39,716 nt of DNA from an uncultured Bacilli bacterium (lineage in GTDB: Bacteria > Bacillota_I > Bacilli_A > RF39 > UBA660). The notes below the pieces were generated by a model. The model searched no databases and was not told the DNA's origin. It saw nothing but the letters and a program-made list of their open reading frames with translations. Shown here piece by piece: positions 1 through 9,582 of this stretch. The DNA is taken from positions 1 to 39,716 of the forward strand of contig CANROR010000002.1 in NCBI GenBank assembly GCA_947632275.1. Direction: 5' to 3'. The translations under genes and the position numbers were made by a program. The first letter of the stretch is position 1; every line of letters starts with the position of its first letter.

Positions 1-1638
1 TACTTAATAGAACAAGTGGGTAATGATTTAGATTTTTATGCTTTAAATTATTTTGGCACGCGGATAACCTATGGAGAAATGTTTAATCGCATTGAAATGA
101 TTGCCAAATCATTACGCTTTTTAGGGGTTAAAAAAGGGGATATTGTTTCGATTTGTTTACCAAATATGCCTGAGGCAATTGAAACCTTTTATGCTTGTAA
201 TAAAATTGGGGCGGTAGCCGATATGATTCATCCTTTATCCGGCCAAAAAGAAATGAAAACCTATTTACAAACATCTAAATCCCGAATTTTAATTTTGTAC
301 GATGCTAATTTTGAAAAAGTGGCGCCGATCTTAGATGATACGAAAGTTTTCAAAACCATTTTAGTTTCGGTAAGTGTTTCAATGCCAATGTTTTTAGGTT
401 TAGGTTATAAAGTAACGCAAGGTTTAAAAATCAAGAAGCCCCAAATGCGTGATCATGAATTTTTAAGTTGGAAAGAATTTTTAAATATGAGTTATGCTTT
501 TCATAAACCCACGGCCGTGAAAGTAAATGCTAGTGATTTAGCTTTAATTTTACATAGTGGAGGAACGACGGGAACGCCTAAGGGGATAATGATTAGTAAC
601 TTTAATTTTAATGCCGAAATTCAACAAGATGGCATAAATGTTATTAAAGTTCGCCCTAAAGATAAGATTATGACTATCTTGCCAGTTTTTCATGGCTTTA
701 GTTTAGGTGTTTGTGTTCATTGTCCTTTATGTTTAAGAGTCGAAGTTATTTTAATTCCCGAATTTGATGGCAAAAGATTTCATAAAATTATTCAAAAATA
801 TCGGCCCAATGTTATCGCCGGCGTTCCGACTCTTTGGGAAGCGATGCTTACCAATAAAAGATTTGCCGATGTTGATTTATCCGCTCTTAAATATGTAATA
901 AGTGGGGGCGATTATTTAACCGTGAGTATGGAAGAAAAAATGAATACTTTTTTACGCCAACATGGAGCTAGTATTGCGATTACGAAAGGCTATGGTATGA
1001 CTGAAAGTGTGGCCGCGACGGCTTATACTTTTGAAGGGGCTAATGAACCAGGCAGTATTGGAATTCCCATGATTGGTAATGAATTTGCAATTTGTAAGCC
1101 TTATACTACGGAAGTTTTACCCTTTGGCGAAGAAGGGGAAATTTGTGTTTGTGGTCCGACGGTCATGATGGGGTATTTAAATAATGCCAAAGAAACTAAA
1201 GAAGTATTAAAAAAACATAATGATGGCAAAATTTGGCTCCATACGGGTGATTTAGGTTATATTAACGAAAAAGGGATAATTTATTTTACTCAACGTTTAA
1301 AAAGAGTTATCATTTCGAGTGGTTTTAATGTTTATCCTAGTCAAATTGAAGAGGTTATCGAAAAATGTGATTATGTGGCTAAATGTTGTGTTATCAGTAT
1401 GCCGCATCCTTATAAAATGCATGTGGCCAAAGCTTTGGTCGTTTTAAAAGACGGAATTAAACCGGGTTTGAAAGTGGAAAATACCATCAAAAAATTATGT
1501 AAAAAAGAATTGGCCAGTTATTCCCAACCTTATAAAATTGAATTTAAAGATAGTTTGCCAACTACTTTGTATAAAAAAATTGACTATCGCCTTTTAGAAG
1601 AAATGGAAGTAAAAAATGAAGAAACGAAAACTAAGTAG
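1..1638 (+). CDS. AMP-dependent acyl-CoA / fatty-acid ligase (N-terminus probably off window)
   Basis: Reading frame is open from base 1 (YLIEQ precedes the GTG at 16). AMP-binding signature LHSGGTTGTPKGIM, plus GYGMTE and TGDLGY motifs. About 540 aa. Confidence 0.85.
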   Translation, partial: YLIEQVGNDLDFYALNYFGTRITYGEMFNRIEMIAKSLRFLGVKKGDIVSICLPNMPEAIETFYACNKIGAVADMIHPLSGQKEMKTYLQTSKSRILILYDANFEKVAPILDDTKVFKTILVSVSVSMPMFLGLGYKVTQGLKIKKPQMRDHEFLSWKEFLNMSYAFHKPTAVKVNASDLALILHSGGTTGTPKGIMISNFNFNAEIQQDGINVIKVRPKDKIMTILPVFHGFSLGVCVHCPLCLRVEVILIPEFDGKRFHKIIQKYRPNVIAGVPTLWEAMLTNKRFADVDLSALKYVISGGDYLTVSMEEKMNTFLRQHGASIAITKGYGMTESVAATAYTFEGANEPGSIGIPMIGNEFAICKPYTTEVLPFGEEGEICVCGPTVMMGYLNNAKETKEVLKKHNDGKIWLHTGDLGYINEKGIIYFTQRLKRVIISSGFNVYPSQIEEVIEKCDYVAKCCVISMPHPYKMHVAKALVVLKDGIKPGLKVENTIKKLCKKELASYSQPYKIEFKDSLPTTLYKKIDYRLLEEMEVKNEETKTK

Positions 1639-2200
1639 TTGGGGTTATAAATGTTTTAAACCAATTTTAGCTCCGATTTTTAAACTTTATTATCACCCAA
1701 CCATCATTAATAAAGAAAATATTCCGAGGACAGGTCCCATTATTATTGTTGGTAATCATAAACATCTGATGGATCAATGTTTAGTTATTATTGCGACTAA
1801 AAGAATTGTCCATTATATGGCGAAAAAAGAATATTTTGATGGTCCTTATGCCTGGTTTTTTAAAGCCACCGGTTGTATTAGTGTTAATCGGAGTATTCAT
1901 GATAAGGAGGCCAAAGCCCAAGCCCAAAGGGTCTTAGATGAGGGTGGAGCCATTGGATTATTCCCCGAAGGAACGCGTAATCGCACGGATAAAGTATTAT
2001 TGCCGTTTAAGTTCGGAGCCGTTTCTTTAGCCCAAAAGACAGGGGCAACGATTGTGCCCTTTGGCATCACGGGCGATTATAAATTTCGCAGTAAAAATTT
2101 AAAAATTGAATTTGGTAAACCTTTTCAAGTTGGCCATAAAGATTTAGAGAAAGCCAATCAATTTTTAGAAAACGAAGTTAAAAAATTAATAAGTAAATAA
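1616..2200 (+). CDS. plsC: 1-acyl-sn-glycerol-3-phosphate acyltransferase family protein
   Basis: HX4D box (NHKHLMD) and FPEGTRN box. Overlaps the upstream ligase by 23 nt; GGAAG SD lies before the ATG. Confidence 0.8.
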   Translation: MKKRKLSSWGYKCFKPILAPIFKLYYHPTIINKENIPRTGPIIIVGNHKHLMDQCLVIIATKRIVHYMAKKEYFDGPYAWFFKATGCISVNRSIHDKEAKAQAQRVLDEGGAIGLFPEGTRNRTDKVLLPFKFGAVSLAQKTGATIVPFGITGDYKFRSKNLKIEFGKPFQVGHKDLEKANQFLENEVKKLISK

Positions 2201-2207
2201 TTAAGAT

Positions 2208-2236
2208 AAGAAGGAATTTATTTTCCTTTTTATTTA
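2208..2236 (+). terminator. Putative intrinsic terminator after plsC
   Basis: AAGAAGGAA / TTCCTTTTT stem (9 bp, one G-U), 6-nt loop, T-rich tail. AT-rich, so weak. Confidence 0.45.
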
Positions 2237-2270
2237 TGTTAAAATAGCATATGCAAGGAAGTGATTCTAG

Positions 2271-3674
2271 ATGAATTTACCAGATTTATGTGTAGCGCGT
2301 AATCGCGATAAAGTCGAAGTAAAACATATCGAACAACATCAAGAATATGAACCATTATTTAAAGGCCAAAAATATTTTTTAAGAACGTATGGTTGCCAAA
2401 TGAATGTTCATGATTCCGAGGAAATAAAATTTTATTTAGAGGCTTTAGGTTTTACAAAGACAGAAATTTTAGAGGATGCCGATATTGTTGTTTTAAATAC
2501 ATGTGCGATAAGAGAAAATGCCAAAGATAAAGTCTTTGGTTATTTAGGCCGGTGTAAACATTTAAAAAAAGTAAAACCTAATTTAATTATTTGTTTGTGT
2601 GGTTGTTTGGTGCAACAACCGCATGAAATTGAAGAAATAAAAAAGAATCATCAATATATCGATATTGTCGTTGGTACGCATAATTTAAATGAATTACCTG
2701 AGTTAATTGTTAAAAAAAGTCCAAAACAAGATATTGAAGTTTTTTCCAACAGTGATAAAGTTTTTGAAAATGTTAAATATGCCCGGGATTCCCAAGTTTG
2801 TGCGTGGATTAATATTGCCTATGGTTGTGATAAATTTTGTACGTATTGCATTGTGCCTTATACGCGGGGTCGGGAACGAAGTCGGAAAATGGAAAATATT
2901 TTGAGGGAAGTCCAAGCTTTAAAAAAAGCCGGTTACCAAGAAGTGACTTTATTAGGCCAAAATGTTAATGCTTATGGTAATGATTTAGGCTTAGGTTATA
3001 ACTTTGCGACACTTTTAGAAGAAACGGCTAAAATTGGTATTCCGCGCATTCGCTTTGTTACATCCCATCCGTGGAATTTTACTGATGAAATGATTGATGT
3101 TATTGCGAAGTACGAAAATATTATGCCTTATGTTCATTTACCAATTCAATCGGGAAGTGATGCCATTTTAAAGAAAATGAATCGGCGTTATACGATTGAA
3201 GAATACAAAACTTTATTTAATAAAATTAAAGAAAAAGTTAAGAATGTGGCCATTACAACTGATATTATTGTCGGTTTTCCTAATGAAACGGATGAAGACT
3301 TTAAGGCAACGTTAGATATCGTTAATTATTGTAAATTTGATAATGCGTTTACCTTTATTTATTCGCCAAGAGTAGGGACGGCGGCCGCGAGAATGGAAGA
3401 TAAAATTCCTTACGAAGTAAAACAAAAAAGATTAAAGGAATTAAATGATTTGGTAAATAGTTATTCTTTAGCTAGTAATCAAAAATTATTAGGCAAAACG
3501 GTTAAAGTTTTAGTTACCGAGAAAAGCGAAAAAGACCAAAATAAAGTCTGTGGTTATACGGATACTATGAAACTAGTTAACGTTGAAGGCGCCCAAGATT
3601 TAATTGGCCAAATTATTGATGTCGAAATTACGGCGGCTAAAAGCTTTAGTTTAGATGGGATAGTCAAAAAATAA
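2271..3674 (+). CDS. miaB: tRNA-2-methylthio-N6-dimethylallyladenosine synthase (radical SAM methylthiotransferase)
   Basis: N-terminal UPF0004 cysteines (YGCQMN, NTCAIRE), radical-SAM CDKFCTYCIVPYTRG, C-terminal TRAM-like end. Extended -10 TGTTAAAAT and AAGGAAGTGA SD upstream. Confidence 0.9.
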   Translation: MNLPDLCVARNRDKVEVKHIEQHQEYEPLFKGQKYFLRTYGCQMNVHDSEEIKFYLEALGFTKTEILEDADIVVLNTCAIRENAKDKVFGYLGRCKHLKKVKPNLIICLCGCLVQQPHEIEEIKKNHQYIDIVVGTHNLNELPELIVKKSPKQDIEVFSNSDKVFENVKYARDSQVCAWINIAYGCDKFCTYCIVPYTRGRERSRKMENILREVQALKKAGYQEVTLLGQNVNAYGNDLGLGYNFATLLEETAKIGIPRIRFVTSHPWNFTDEMIDVIAKYENIMPYVHLPIQSGSDAILKKMNRRYTIEEYKTLFNKIKEKVKNVAITTDIIVGFPNETDEDFKATLDIVNYCKFDNAFTFIYSPRVGTAAARMEDKIPYEVKQKRLKELNDLVNSYSLASNQKLLGKTVKVLVTEKSEKDQNKVCGYTDTMKLVNVEGAQDLIGQIIDVEITAAKSFSLDGIVKK

Positions 3675-3689
3675 ATTTTTATAAAAAGA

Positions 3690-3728
3690 AAAAGTTTAGA
3701 TTATTGGGTCTAAACTTTTGTATTTTTT
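3690..3728. terminator. Bidirectional intrinsic terminator (miaB on +, tRNA-Met on -)
   Basis: AAAAGTTTAGA / TCTAAACTTTT 11-bp stem with an 8-nt loop. T-run on the + side; A-run (T-run on the minus strand) on the other side. Confidence 0.8.
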
Positions 3729-3805
3729 TGGTAGCGGGGGAGGGACTCGAACCCCCAACATTTCGGGTATGAACCGAACTATCTAGCCAGTTGATATACC
3801 CCGCC
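3729..3805 (-). tRNA. tRNA-Met (anticodon CAT), elongator-like; tRNA-Ile2 (lysidine) not excluded
   Basis: 77-nt cloverleaf read from the reverse complement: GGCGGGG acceptor, TATC/GATA D stem, TTCGG-TTCATAC-CCGAA anticodon arm, GGGGG-TTCGAGT-CCCTC T arm, A73, encoded CCA. Anticodon stem lacks the three G-C pairs of initiator tRNA. Confidence 0.9.
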
Positions 3806-3933
3806 ATAAATAAAATAAATTTAATTCTTCAACAAGAACAAAATTATCATAACAAAAAAATAGGCATTTGGCAAGTAATTTTTCTTCTTGTGAACCATAT
3901 TAAATTGTGTTATTATATAATTGGGTGTCGAAG

Positions 3934-4680
3934 ATGAAGAATTTAAAAAATTATTCTAAAAAAAATATTGCCATTGTAATTGGAAGTGTGCTATTAGTTT
4001 TAATCGCAGTACTAGCAATTGTTTTAGGAAGAAATGGTAAAACTGGTATTTTAGGAGAAGATAATTTACCAGATAATTTAAGATTTAAAGAACAATATGA
4101 AAGTTTAAATGGGAAAAAGGATGATTCAGGTAAAGAATATGTAAAAGTGGAAATTAATGAAAAAAATCCAGTTATATATAAAAGTGATGCAGAAATATTA
4201 GATGTATTAAATAAAGAAACGGCCATTGTATTCTTTGGTTATGAATCAGATTCTTGGACGCGAAACATTATTGATCCTTTACTTCAAATTGCTAGCGACA
4301 ATGGCATTGAAAAAATTTACTATGTTAATATTGCTAATATCCGGGATGAATATAGTGTTGAAGATGGCAAATTAAAACAAGATAAAAAAGGTACCGATGC
4401 TTATTATAAAATTCTTGATTTTCTAGGTGATAAACTTGATGCTTACTATGTTTATGATGAAAAGAATAAAGAATATGCTACGGGTGTATCTCGACTTGAA
4501 CCGGCGACGGTAATCGCGGTTAAAGATGGTAAAGTAATGGATTATCATAAAGGTACGGTGTTATCGCAAAAAGATCCATCTGTTGCTTTAACCGAAAAAC
4601 AAAGAAATGAAATGTTAGCGATATATCAAAATTTATATGAACCAATAAATGAAAATTTATGTCCTAGTGAAGGTTGCTAG
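3934..4680 (+). CDS. Membrane-anchored thioredoxin-fold protein, redox motif lost (paralog of 37817..38497)
   Basis: N-terminal TM (IAIVIGSVLLVLIAVLAIVL). Aligns with the CPWC-containing paralog but has DSWT at that position. C-terminal CPSEGC. ATG at 3934 preferred over the upstream TTG because a TTGTGA-17-TATTAT promoter overlaps the longer ORF. Confidence 0.6.
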   Translation: MKNLKNYSKKNIAIVIGSVLLVLIAVLAIVLGRNGKTGILGEDNLPDNLRFKEQYESLNGKKDDSGKEYVKVEINEKNPVIYKSDAEILDVLNKETAIVFFGYESDSWTRNIIDPLLQIASDNGIEKIYYVNIANIRDEYSVEDGKLKQDKKGTDAYYKILDFLGDKLDAYYVYDEKNKEYATGVSRLEPATVIAVKDGKVMDYHKGTVLSQKDPSVALTEKQRNEMLAIYQNLYEPINENLCPSEGC

Positions 4681-4745
4681 GACTTTTTTCTTGCGGGCAT
4701 ATCATAAATATAGTATAATTTAATAGATGATTGGGGATGCCAGTG

Positions 4746-5678
4746 ATGAGTAAGAAAAAAAAGGAAGAAGTAGTAATTAATAATGAAGAATTAAAACCGA
4801 CAGTTTTATATACAATTAAAGAACGAAAGATTAATTTTTTAGGATTACTTTTATTATTTGCTTTATTTATTGCCGTTATTTATTTTTTACCAACGATTTC
4901 CGAAAAATATCAAGAATATAAAAGAGGGCAAACAAAGAATCCAGTAGTCATAAAACCTAGTGATAATCAAGAAAACGAAAGTAATGATTTAGAAGATATG
5001 GAACAAGCCGAAAAGAAATACGAATATAGTTCTAGTTTAAAAATTACAAAAGATTCTTTTACGATGGCGGATTTTAATTTTAGCAATAATACTTTAACTT
5101 TTAGTATAACTAATAATGAAAATAGTAACATTGATTTAACGGCCATGAATTATTATTTAAGTATATTTAATAGTACTAATAATTTAATAAAAAGAATTAA
5201 AGTTGCCGAAGATGTATTTAATAGTAAAGAAAAAAAGAATTATGCGTTTAATATTAATGCTAATGCGATAAGTTATTTTGTATTAGAAGAGATAAATCCC
5301 GAAGATTATCCGGAAATAACGTTGACGGGTAATAATGGTCAAGCATCAATTACCTGTCGAAATAATGAAACGACATTTCGATATGATTTTACTAATAAAG
5401 AACTTACGAATATTTTAGAAACAGTAACTATTGCTAATACGGCTACTAATTATCAAAGTGAACTTGCCAAATATCAAGTTCAAGTGGCAACATATGCCTC
5501 TTATACGGGGATTCAAAATAATATAACCGAAACCGATACGGGATTTACTTATAATTTATTTATAAATACAAGTACGGCCAATTTGAGAAATTTAAATGGC
5601 GTTAATTATTATGCTACTAAAACGGCGGCCAAAGTTATTAGTTTTGAAGTAGAAGCAAGGGGTTATACATGTAGTTAA
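4746..5678 (+). CDS. Hypothetical membrane-anchored extracytoplasmic protein (Asn/Thr-rich)
   Basis: Long ORF with a single TM (FLGLLLLFALFIAVIYFL) after a Lys/Glu-rich N-terminus. No recognisable motif. Start uncertain (4731/4737/4746); 4746 has the best SD spacing. Confidence 0.6.
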   Translation: MSKKKKEEVVINNEELKPTVLYTIKERKINFLGLLLLFALFIAVIYFLPTISEKYQEYKRGQTKNPVVIKPSDNQENESNDLEDMEQAEKKYEYSSSLKITKDSFTMADFNFSNNTLTFSITNNENSNIDLTAMNYYLSIFNSTNNLIKRIKVAEDVFNSKEKKNYAFNINANAISYFVLEEINPEDYPEITLTGNNGQASITCRNNETTFRYDFTNKELTNILETVTIANTATNYQSELAKYQVQVATYASYTGIQNNITETDTGFTYNLFINTSTANLRNLNGVNYYATKTAAKVISFEVEARGYTCS

Positions 5679-5687
5679 GGGGGATTT

Positions 5688-6410
5688 ATGAATTTACACA
5701 TTAATGATTTCGAGGGCCCACTCGATTTATTGTTGCATTTGGTTAGAACTGCGAAGATGAATATTTATGATATCGATACAACATATATCATTGATAAATA
5801 TTTAGAATTTATTAATACTTTAGATAAAAATGATTTAGATAATACTAGTGAATATTTAGTTATGGCTAGTGAACTTATTCATTTAAAAAGTCGCTTGTTA
5901 TTAAATTTAGATGATGAGACGGAAGAAGATAGCGAATACACGATTAATAGTGAAGAAGATTTAAAAAATAAATTGTTAGAGTATGAACAATATAAAAATG
6001 CTTCGATGCTATTTAAAAATCTCGAAGAAAATCGGAGTGAATATTATACAAAGATTCCAGAAGCAATCGCGGACTTTTTGGATGATGAAAAGCTGGATGT
6101 TGAAAGACATGATCCGGATATTCTAGCTAATATATTATTAGAATTACAAAAGCGAATTAATTATCAAAAACCTATTAGTACCAAAATTACGAAAAGAGAA
6201 ATTAGTATCACGGAAAGAACTAATTATATACGTGATATTTTAAAGGTTCGAAAAAAAGTTAATTTTTTAGAGCTTTTTGAAGATTATGAAAAAAATATGG
6301 TTGTTGCCACTTTTTTATCAATTTTAAATATGTGTAAAAATGGTGAAGTTTTGCTCTTGCAAGAAAATAATTTTGATGATATCGTAATAAAGAAGGTGGA
6401 AGATGAATAA
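5688..6410 (+). CDS. scpA: Segregation and condensation protein A
   Basis: FEGPLDLLLHLV N-terminal signature, about 240 aa. 8-nt overlap with scpB. Confidence 0.9.
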   Translation: MNLHINDFEGPLDLLLHLVRTAKMNIYDIDTTYIIDKYLEFINTLDKNDLDNTSEYLVMASELIHLKSRLLLNLDDETEEDSEYTINSEEDLKNKLLEYEQYKNASMLFKNLEENRSEYYTKIPEAIADFLDDEKLDVERHDPDILANILLELQKRINYQKPISTKITKREISITERTNYIRDILKVRKKVNFLELFEDYEKNMVVATFLSILNMCKNGEVLLLQENNFDDIVIKKVEDE

Positions 6411-6960
6411 GCAAGCAATCTTAGAAGGCCTTTTATTTGTCGTCGGTGATGAAGGCCTATCTTTAGACGAAATAAAAAAATATTTAGAAATATCCCAAGA
6501 AGAAGCGCAACAAATTCTTAATGATTTACAACAAGAATATAGTGCCGAAAATCGGGGCATTAGAATTAGTTTGTTGGGAGGCAAGTTTAAATTAACAACC
6601 AAAAAAGAACATAAAGATTTTTATCAAAAATTTTTTCAAAATGAAAAAAGCAATATTTTAAGTGCCGCCGCTTTAGAAACTTTAGCTATTATTGCGTATA
6701 ATCAACCCATCACAAGAGCCGAAGTAGATGAAGCTAGAGGTATTGCTTCAGTAAATATGATTCGGAAATTGGTTGCCAAAGATTTAATTAAAGTAAGCGG
6801 CAAAAGTTCTTTGCCAGGCAAACCTAATTTATATCGGACGACTTCGTACTTTTTAGATTATTTTGGTTTGACGGATTTAAATGATTTACCAACTTTGGAA
6901 AATTTAAAAGATGAAAGTGAAGAAAAAGAATTATTTACTTCCACTTATAAAGAAATGTAA
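6403..6960 (+). CDS. scpB: Segregation and condensation protein B
   Basis: LEGLLFVVGDEGLSL and AALETLAIIAYNQPITRAEVDEARG winged-helix signatures. Confidence 0.9.
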   Translation: MNKQAILEGLLFVVGDEGLSLDEIKKYLEISQEEAQQILNDLQQEYSAENRGIRISLLGGKFKLTTKKEHKDFYQKFFQNEKSNILSAAALETLAIIAYNQPITRAEVDEARGIASVNMIRKLVAKDLIKVSGKSSLPGKPNLYRTTSYFLDYFGLTDLNDLPTLENLKDESEEKELFTSTYKEM

Positions 6961-6962
6961 TT

Positions 6963-7814
6963 TTAATTTAGACAATTTTGGTCGGCGCAATGCTCATCTT
7001 CGAGTTCAAATTCGATCGTCGAATGAACAATGTTTTGATGTTTTAAAGTATCTTTAATTTGTTGCTTTAATTCTTTAGAGTATTTTTTGACGATAACATG
7101 CATTGTGGCATAGTTATTAAAACCATCAATACTTCGGATATGAATATGATGAATTCCTAAAACCCCTTTGGTTTTAAGAATTTCTTTTTTTATGTGCTCA
7201 AGATTGATATCTTTAGGAGTTTTTTCTAAAAATAAATCTAGAATAGTTTTAATATTTTTACAAGCAGCTATGAAAATAAATAAAGCGACAATTAATGATA
7301 AAATAGGGTCGATAATCGTTAAATTGGTTAGTTTGATTAAAATTGATCCGATAAGAACAATTAACCACCCCAAAACATCTTCTAGCATGTGTAAGTTAAC
7401 CGCTTTTTGATTTAAAGATTTACCATCTTTGGTAAAATAGGTGGCTAAAAAATTAATAATAAAGCCAAAGATAGCAATAACAAGCATTCCATCATAATTA
7501 ATAAGAGTCGGGTTAATTAAACGAGTAACGGCTTCCTTGATAACCAAAACTGAACCAACGAGTAAAATGACCGTCGTAATAATGCTTCCCATGACGGAAT
7601 ATCTTATATAGCCATAGGTGTGATTTGCATCGGGTTTTCTTTTGCTCTTTTTTTCTAAAAAATAAGATAAGCCAATACTAAAAGCATCGCCAAAATCATG
7701 CAAAGAATCACTTAATATGGCAATACTATTTGTAAAAAGGCCCCCAAAAAATTCGGCAATGGAGAAAAAGATATTTAATAAAAAAGCTATTAATATATTT
7801 TTTTCGGTTTTCAT
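6963..7814 (-). CDS. Cation diffusion facilitator (Zn/Co/Cd efflux, CzcD/ZitB-like)
   Basis: Six TM. TM2 DSLHD and TM5 HMLED metal-site motifs. Cytoplasmic C-terminal domain with a His/Cys tail (HCADQNC). Confidence 0.85.
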   Translation of the reverse strand: MKTEKNILIAFLLNIFFSIAEFFGGLFTNSIAILSDSLHDFGDAFSIGLSYFLEKKSKRKPDANHTYGYIRYSVMGSIITTVILLVGSVLVIKEAVTRLINPTLINYDGMLVIAIFGFIINFLATYFTKDGKSLNQKAVNLHMLEDVLGWLIVLIGSILIKLTNLTIIDPILSLIVALFIFIAACKNIKTILDLFLEKTPKDINLEHIKKEILKTKGVLGIHHIHIRSIDGFNNYATMHVIVKKYSKELKQQIKDTLKHQNIVHSTIEFELEDEHCADQNCLN

Positions 7815-7895
7815 TATTCAACCTTCTTTCTTTTTTCCTTTTCATTATATCATTATTTAAAGATAAATCGGTAAATATAAATAGATGAAAAGTAG

Positions 7896-8324
7896 TTATT
7901 TACTATATTCCATGAAAAATCTAGTTTCGGTAATTTCCTTTATTTTAAAACCTAATTTTTTATATAAATTTAAGGCTACTTCGTTTTCTTTATAAACCCA
8001 TAGATATACTTTAGGGTTAGTTTCTAAAATGTTAGTTAAAATTTCAGTTCCAATCTCTTTTTTTCGATAAGCACTTTCTAAAAATATTTCATTTAATAAA
8101 ATACCATCTTCATAATTTTCTAATAGTAAGCAACCAATTATTTTATTATTAATTTTGATTACTTGATAATTATTTATTTGTTGGGTAATTGTTTTTTGCA
8201 CATAATTATTAATTTTTTCTTTTTCTTCATTATCTATGTCTCTACAATAATCTAAAATGGTAGCCAATTTATATTTTATTAATAATTCTTTATCATTATT
8301 AGTTGCCACTTCTAACTTGTACAT
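7896..8324 (-). CDS. GNAT family N-acetyltransferase
   Basis: 142 aa. Acetyl-CoA loop RKKEIGTEIL and C-terminal NLYKKLGF motif. Confidence 0.75.
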   Translation of the reverse strand: MYKLEVATNNDKELLIKYKLATILDYCRDIDNEEKEKINNYVQKTITQQINNYQVIKINNKIIGCLLLENYEDGILLNEIFLESAYRKKEIGTEILTNILETNPKVYLWVYKENEVALNLYKKLGFKIKEITETRFFMEYSK

Positions 8325-8342
8325 AGGTTAACACATCCTTTT

Positions 8343-8648
8343 TTAGAACATTTCAATAACTTGATATTCATCCAAATAAATAATATTTTCTACTTTACTA
8401 AAGGATTCAATTTTAATATTTTGGGGTTCTAAATATTTTAACATTATAGGTAAGGTTTCTTCCTTAAATTTGGTAAAGCCTTTTTTAGTAAAATAGGATT
8501 TATTCTCGGAAGAATAGGTTGGGGGTTTGGGTAACCAAGTAAATTCTTCTATAGTAAGAAGATATAACCAAGTATCTTTGCCTACAATCTTTTTTAATTC
8601 ATTGTAAATGCCTTTATTATTGTATGTAACTCGATAAAATTCTCCCAT
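8343..8648 (-). CDS. Hypothetical protein (101 aa)
   Basis: ORF with AAGAGG SD upstream, 18 nt upstream of the GNAT gene. No recognisable motif. Confidence 0.5.
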   Translation of the reverse strand: MGEFYRVTYNNKGIYNELKKIVGKDTWLYLLTIEEFTWLPKPPTYSSENKSYFTKKGFTKFKEETLPIMLKYLEPQNIKIESFSKVENIIYLDEYQVIEMF

Positions 8649-8670
8649 TTTTTACCTCTTTTTTATGATA

Positions 8671-8708
8671 AAACTCGCACTATTAAAAGTCCGAGTTTAT
8701 TGTTTTTT
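8671..8708. terminator. Hairpin abutting the 3' end of tRNA-Leu (orientation ambiguous)
   Basis: AAACTCG / CGAGTTT stem with a 14-nt loop. T7 run on the + strand but no + gene upstream; on the minus strand it follows tRNA-Leu with only a short U tail. Confidence 0.35.
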
Positions 8709-8795
8709 TGGTGCTTGTGGTGGGACTCGAACCCACACGATATTGCTACCACTGGATTTTGAGTCCAGCGCGTCTACCAATTCCGCCACACAAGC
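8709..8795 (-). tRNA. tRNA-Leu (anticodon CAA)
   Basis: 87-nt class II tRNA on the reverse complement: GCTTGTG acceptor, CTGGA-CTCAAAA-TCCAG anticodon arm, long variable arm, GTGGG-TTCGAGT-CCCAC T arm, A73, encoded CCA. Confidence 0.9.
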
Positions 8796-9005
8796 AGGGG
8801 CAAATTAATTATAACATATTTTTTTAAATTTATTATAGCTTTTTATTAAAAAGACAAGTTAACTATTAAATATTTAATGCCATCTTTCATTTTTTTCTTT
8901 TAAACAAACTAGCAAACATTGTTCTTATGTCAATTGTTAAACAAAAAATTTATAACCTATTTTCTTATTTTGCCAAAATATATTATAATTAATTAGGTGA
9001 TTAAG

Positions 9006-9539
9006 TTGAATTTAAAAAAATCTTTTCAAATTATGGCTATGATGCAAGATATTGAATATGGTTTTAAGGATGAATTAGGAAATAATTTAATTAATGATTT
9101 GGAAAAATGGGATAACGAATTTAATAATTTTTATTATTTGCAAACGCCCGAGGAATTATTAAAAACCAAATGCGGTGTTTGTTGGGATCAAGTTGAATTA
9201 GAACGTAAATTATTCCAAGATGAAAATATTGCTTGTCAAACATACTTTATTTTTATGGTCGATAACGATATGTTACCATCACATACTTTTTTAACCTTCC
9301 AAGATAATAATAAATATTATTGGTTTGAACATTCTTGGGGAGTTTATCAAGGTATTCATGAATATAATACTAAAGAAGAATTATTGAAAGATGTAATTAG
9401 CAAATTTAAAGCTGATCATGAAGAAGTTGCCTCTTCAGCTCCTTTATATTTGTATGAATATGTTAAACCTCAAGACCATCTAACTTGTGATGAATTTTAT
9501 CAATATATTGAAACGCAAAAATTAATTGTTGGAAAATAA
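9006..9539 (+). CDS. Putative transglutaminase-like / papain-fold cysteine peptidase superfamily protein
   Basis: Cys-His-acid pattern: KCGVCWDQ ... PSHTFLTF ... YYWFEHSW. AGGTGA SD 5 nt before TTG 9006; start uncertain (8997/9006/9033). Confidence 0.45.
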   Translation: MNLKKSFQIMAMMQDIEYGFKDELGNNLINDLEKWDNEFNNFYYLQTPEELLKTKCGVCWDQVELERKLFQDENIACQTYFIFMVDNDMLPSHTFLTFQDNNKYYWFEHSWGVYQGIHEYNTKEELLKDVISKFKADHEEVASSAPLYLYEYVKPQDHLTCDEFYQYIETQKLIVGK

Positions 9540-9582
9540 TTAATAATTAGTTATAATTAAATTAAATAGAGAAGGTGGGTTT

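Noticed and set aside
7896-8648. Small ORF + GNAT as a GNAT/RHH (TacT/AtaT-like) type II toxin-antitoxin pair.
   Set aside because: The upstream 101-aa protein shows no ribbon-helix-helix/DUF1778-like N-terminus. The GNAT is shorter (142 aa) than tRNA-acetylating toxins. The gene order alone is not sufficient evidence.
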